DNA of 64,000 bases from Candidatus Poribacteria bacterium (lineage in GTDB: Bacteria > Poribacteria > WGA-4E > WGA-3G). Below are positions 63,246 through 64,000 of this stretch, piece after piece. The position numbers and the translations under genes were made by a program. The notes beneath the pieces were generated by a model. It saw only the letters and a list, made by a program, of their open reading frames with translations, had not been told where the DNA came from and made no database searches. Positions within the stretch are counted from its first letter, which is position 1. Every line of letters starts with the position of its first letter. The stretch is taken from NCBI GenBank assembly GCA_965261125.1, contig CBDHCS010000007.1, forward strand, positions 254,343 through 318,342. The letters run 5' to 3'.

Positions 63246-64000
63246 TTACGAGAGGACTCGCTGGAAAAAGTGATTTAAAAAGGTATTTGCCTCAACTTGG
63301 ACACAGACGCTGGTATTCAGGGTTGTCGTTTGACGTTCGCGCCGCAGGTCCGCAACCGTCATACCACTTGTCAAATTACCCTCGGTTTCAACTTGTACAT
63401 AAACATCAACACTTTCAAAAAAGGCTGGATGTGTCAACATGCCGACAGGGAGTGCATCGTGGATATGCAATCCGTAGAAACCTATATGCTCACCGTAAAA
63501 TTCCATGCAGGCTTGGGTGGACTCCTTAAGAAAGCAGGATATTTTATCATTTCGTCCTTCGAGTTCTGCATTCAGTCGTTCACCTGTTAAAACCACCTGA
63601 TGTGTTAGATCTAACGGGGCAATGTGAATAGGGATACCGAAATCAAAGACCTCCTGCGCAGCATGTGGGTCGACGAAGATATTGAATTCTGCAGTAGTTG
63701 TAACGTTCCCATATTCTCTAAACACACCCCCCATCAAGACGATGCGCCGAAGTTTCTGCATGCTTTCTGCGTCTTTTTGGATTGCTCTTGAAATATTTGT
63801 TAAGGGCCCCAAAGCAACTACAACTAACTCATTAGGATAACGATCTACCATTTCAAGTATCAAGTCAACACCAGCAAGTGTTGAAATTTCACAGTTCGCC
63901 AATGGATAACGTAGACTTCTGTCAGGGTTGGGCAGTTTGCTGATATTGCCTAATCCATCTTCACCGTGGACATGTTCTGCCTTCACAAGTGGTTTTACAA
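63246..64000 (-). CDS. Nucleoside hydrolase (IUNH family), N-terminus beyond the window end
   Basis: AEHVHGEDGLGN, LGPLTN and HDALPV motifs. The reading frame stays open to base 64000, and the N-terminal DxDxxxDD motif is not in the window. Confidence 0.8.
   Translation of the reverse strand, partial: VKPLVKAEHVHGEDGLGNISKLPNPDRSLRYPLANCEISTLAGVDLILEMVDRYPNELVVVALGPLTNISRAIQKDAESMQKLRRIVLMGGVFREYGNVTTTAEFNIFVDPHAAQEVFDFGIPIHIAPLDLTHQVVLTGERLNAELEGRNDKISCFLKESTQACMEFYGEHIGFYGLHIHDALPVGMLTHPAFFESVDVYVQVETEGNLTSGMTVADLRRERQTTTLNTSVCVQVEANTFLNHFFQRVLS

Overview
This is a 64 kb bacterial chromosomal segment, moderately AT-rich by eye. I call about 50 protein-coding genes and one tRNA-Leu(CAA). 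I found no rRNA, CRISPR array, integrase, transposase or recognisable prophage.

Housekeeping genes present: tsaD and tsaC (t6A synthesis), trpF, cimA/leuA-family synthase, hflX, gatB, an M24 peptidase, and a split MetH-like corrinoid cluster.

Accessory content: a BCCT transporter with an adjacent porin-like barrel; a BatA-vWA / Omp85 / polytopic membrane operon; a transglutaminase-like protein; a TolB-like lipoprotein; PhyH, GH95, GNAT(Eis-like) and MDR oxidoreductase genes; and four DNA methyltransferases with no visible endonuclease.

The best candidate for an undescribed system is a minus-strand operon (about 36.2-45.4 kb) with these parts:
- It is driven by a consensus TTGACA-17-TATAAT promoter.
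- It encodes a GrpE-like exchange factor and a short, lid-less Hsp70.
- Three tandem paralogs follow. They share a ~135-aa N-terminal module (an unknown helical head plus a J-domain-like fold lacking the HPD motif). Their C-terminal domains differ: WD40, FGE-sulfatase (SUMF1-like) and ankyrin.
- A TM/coiled-coil protein and a TPR protein come last.

The second striking feature is the intergenic DNA. Nearly every spacer longer than ~150 bp holds small palindromic or TIR-bearing MITE/REP-like elements. There are at least six families, and some are nested inside the hairpin apex of others.

The gene content resembles uncultured host-associated lineages (for example sponge symbionts such as Poribacteria), but the sequence alone cannot establish this.

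All functional calls come from reading motifs in the supplied translations by eye. No database search was run.
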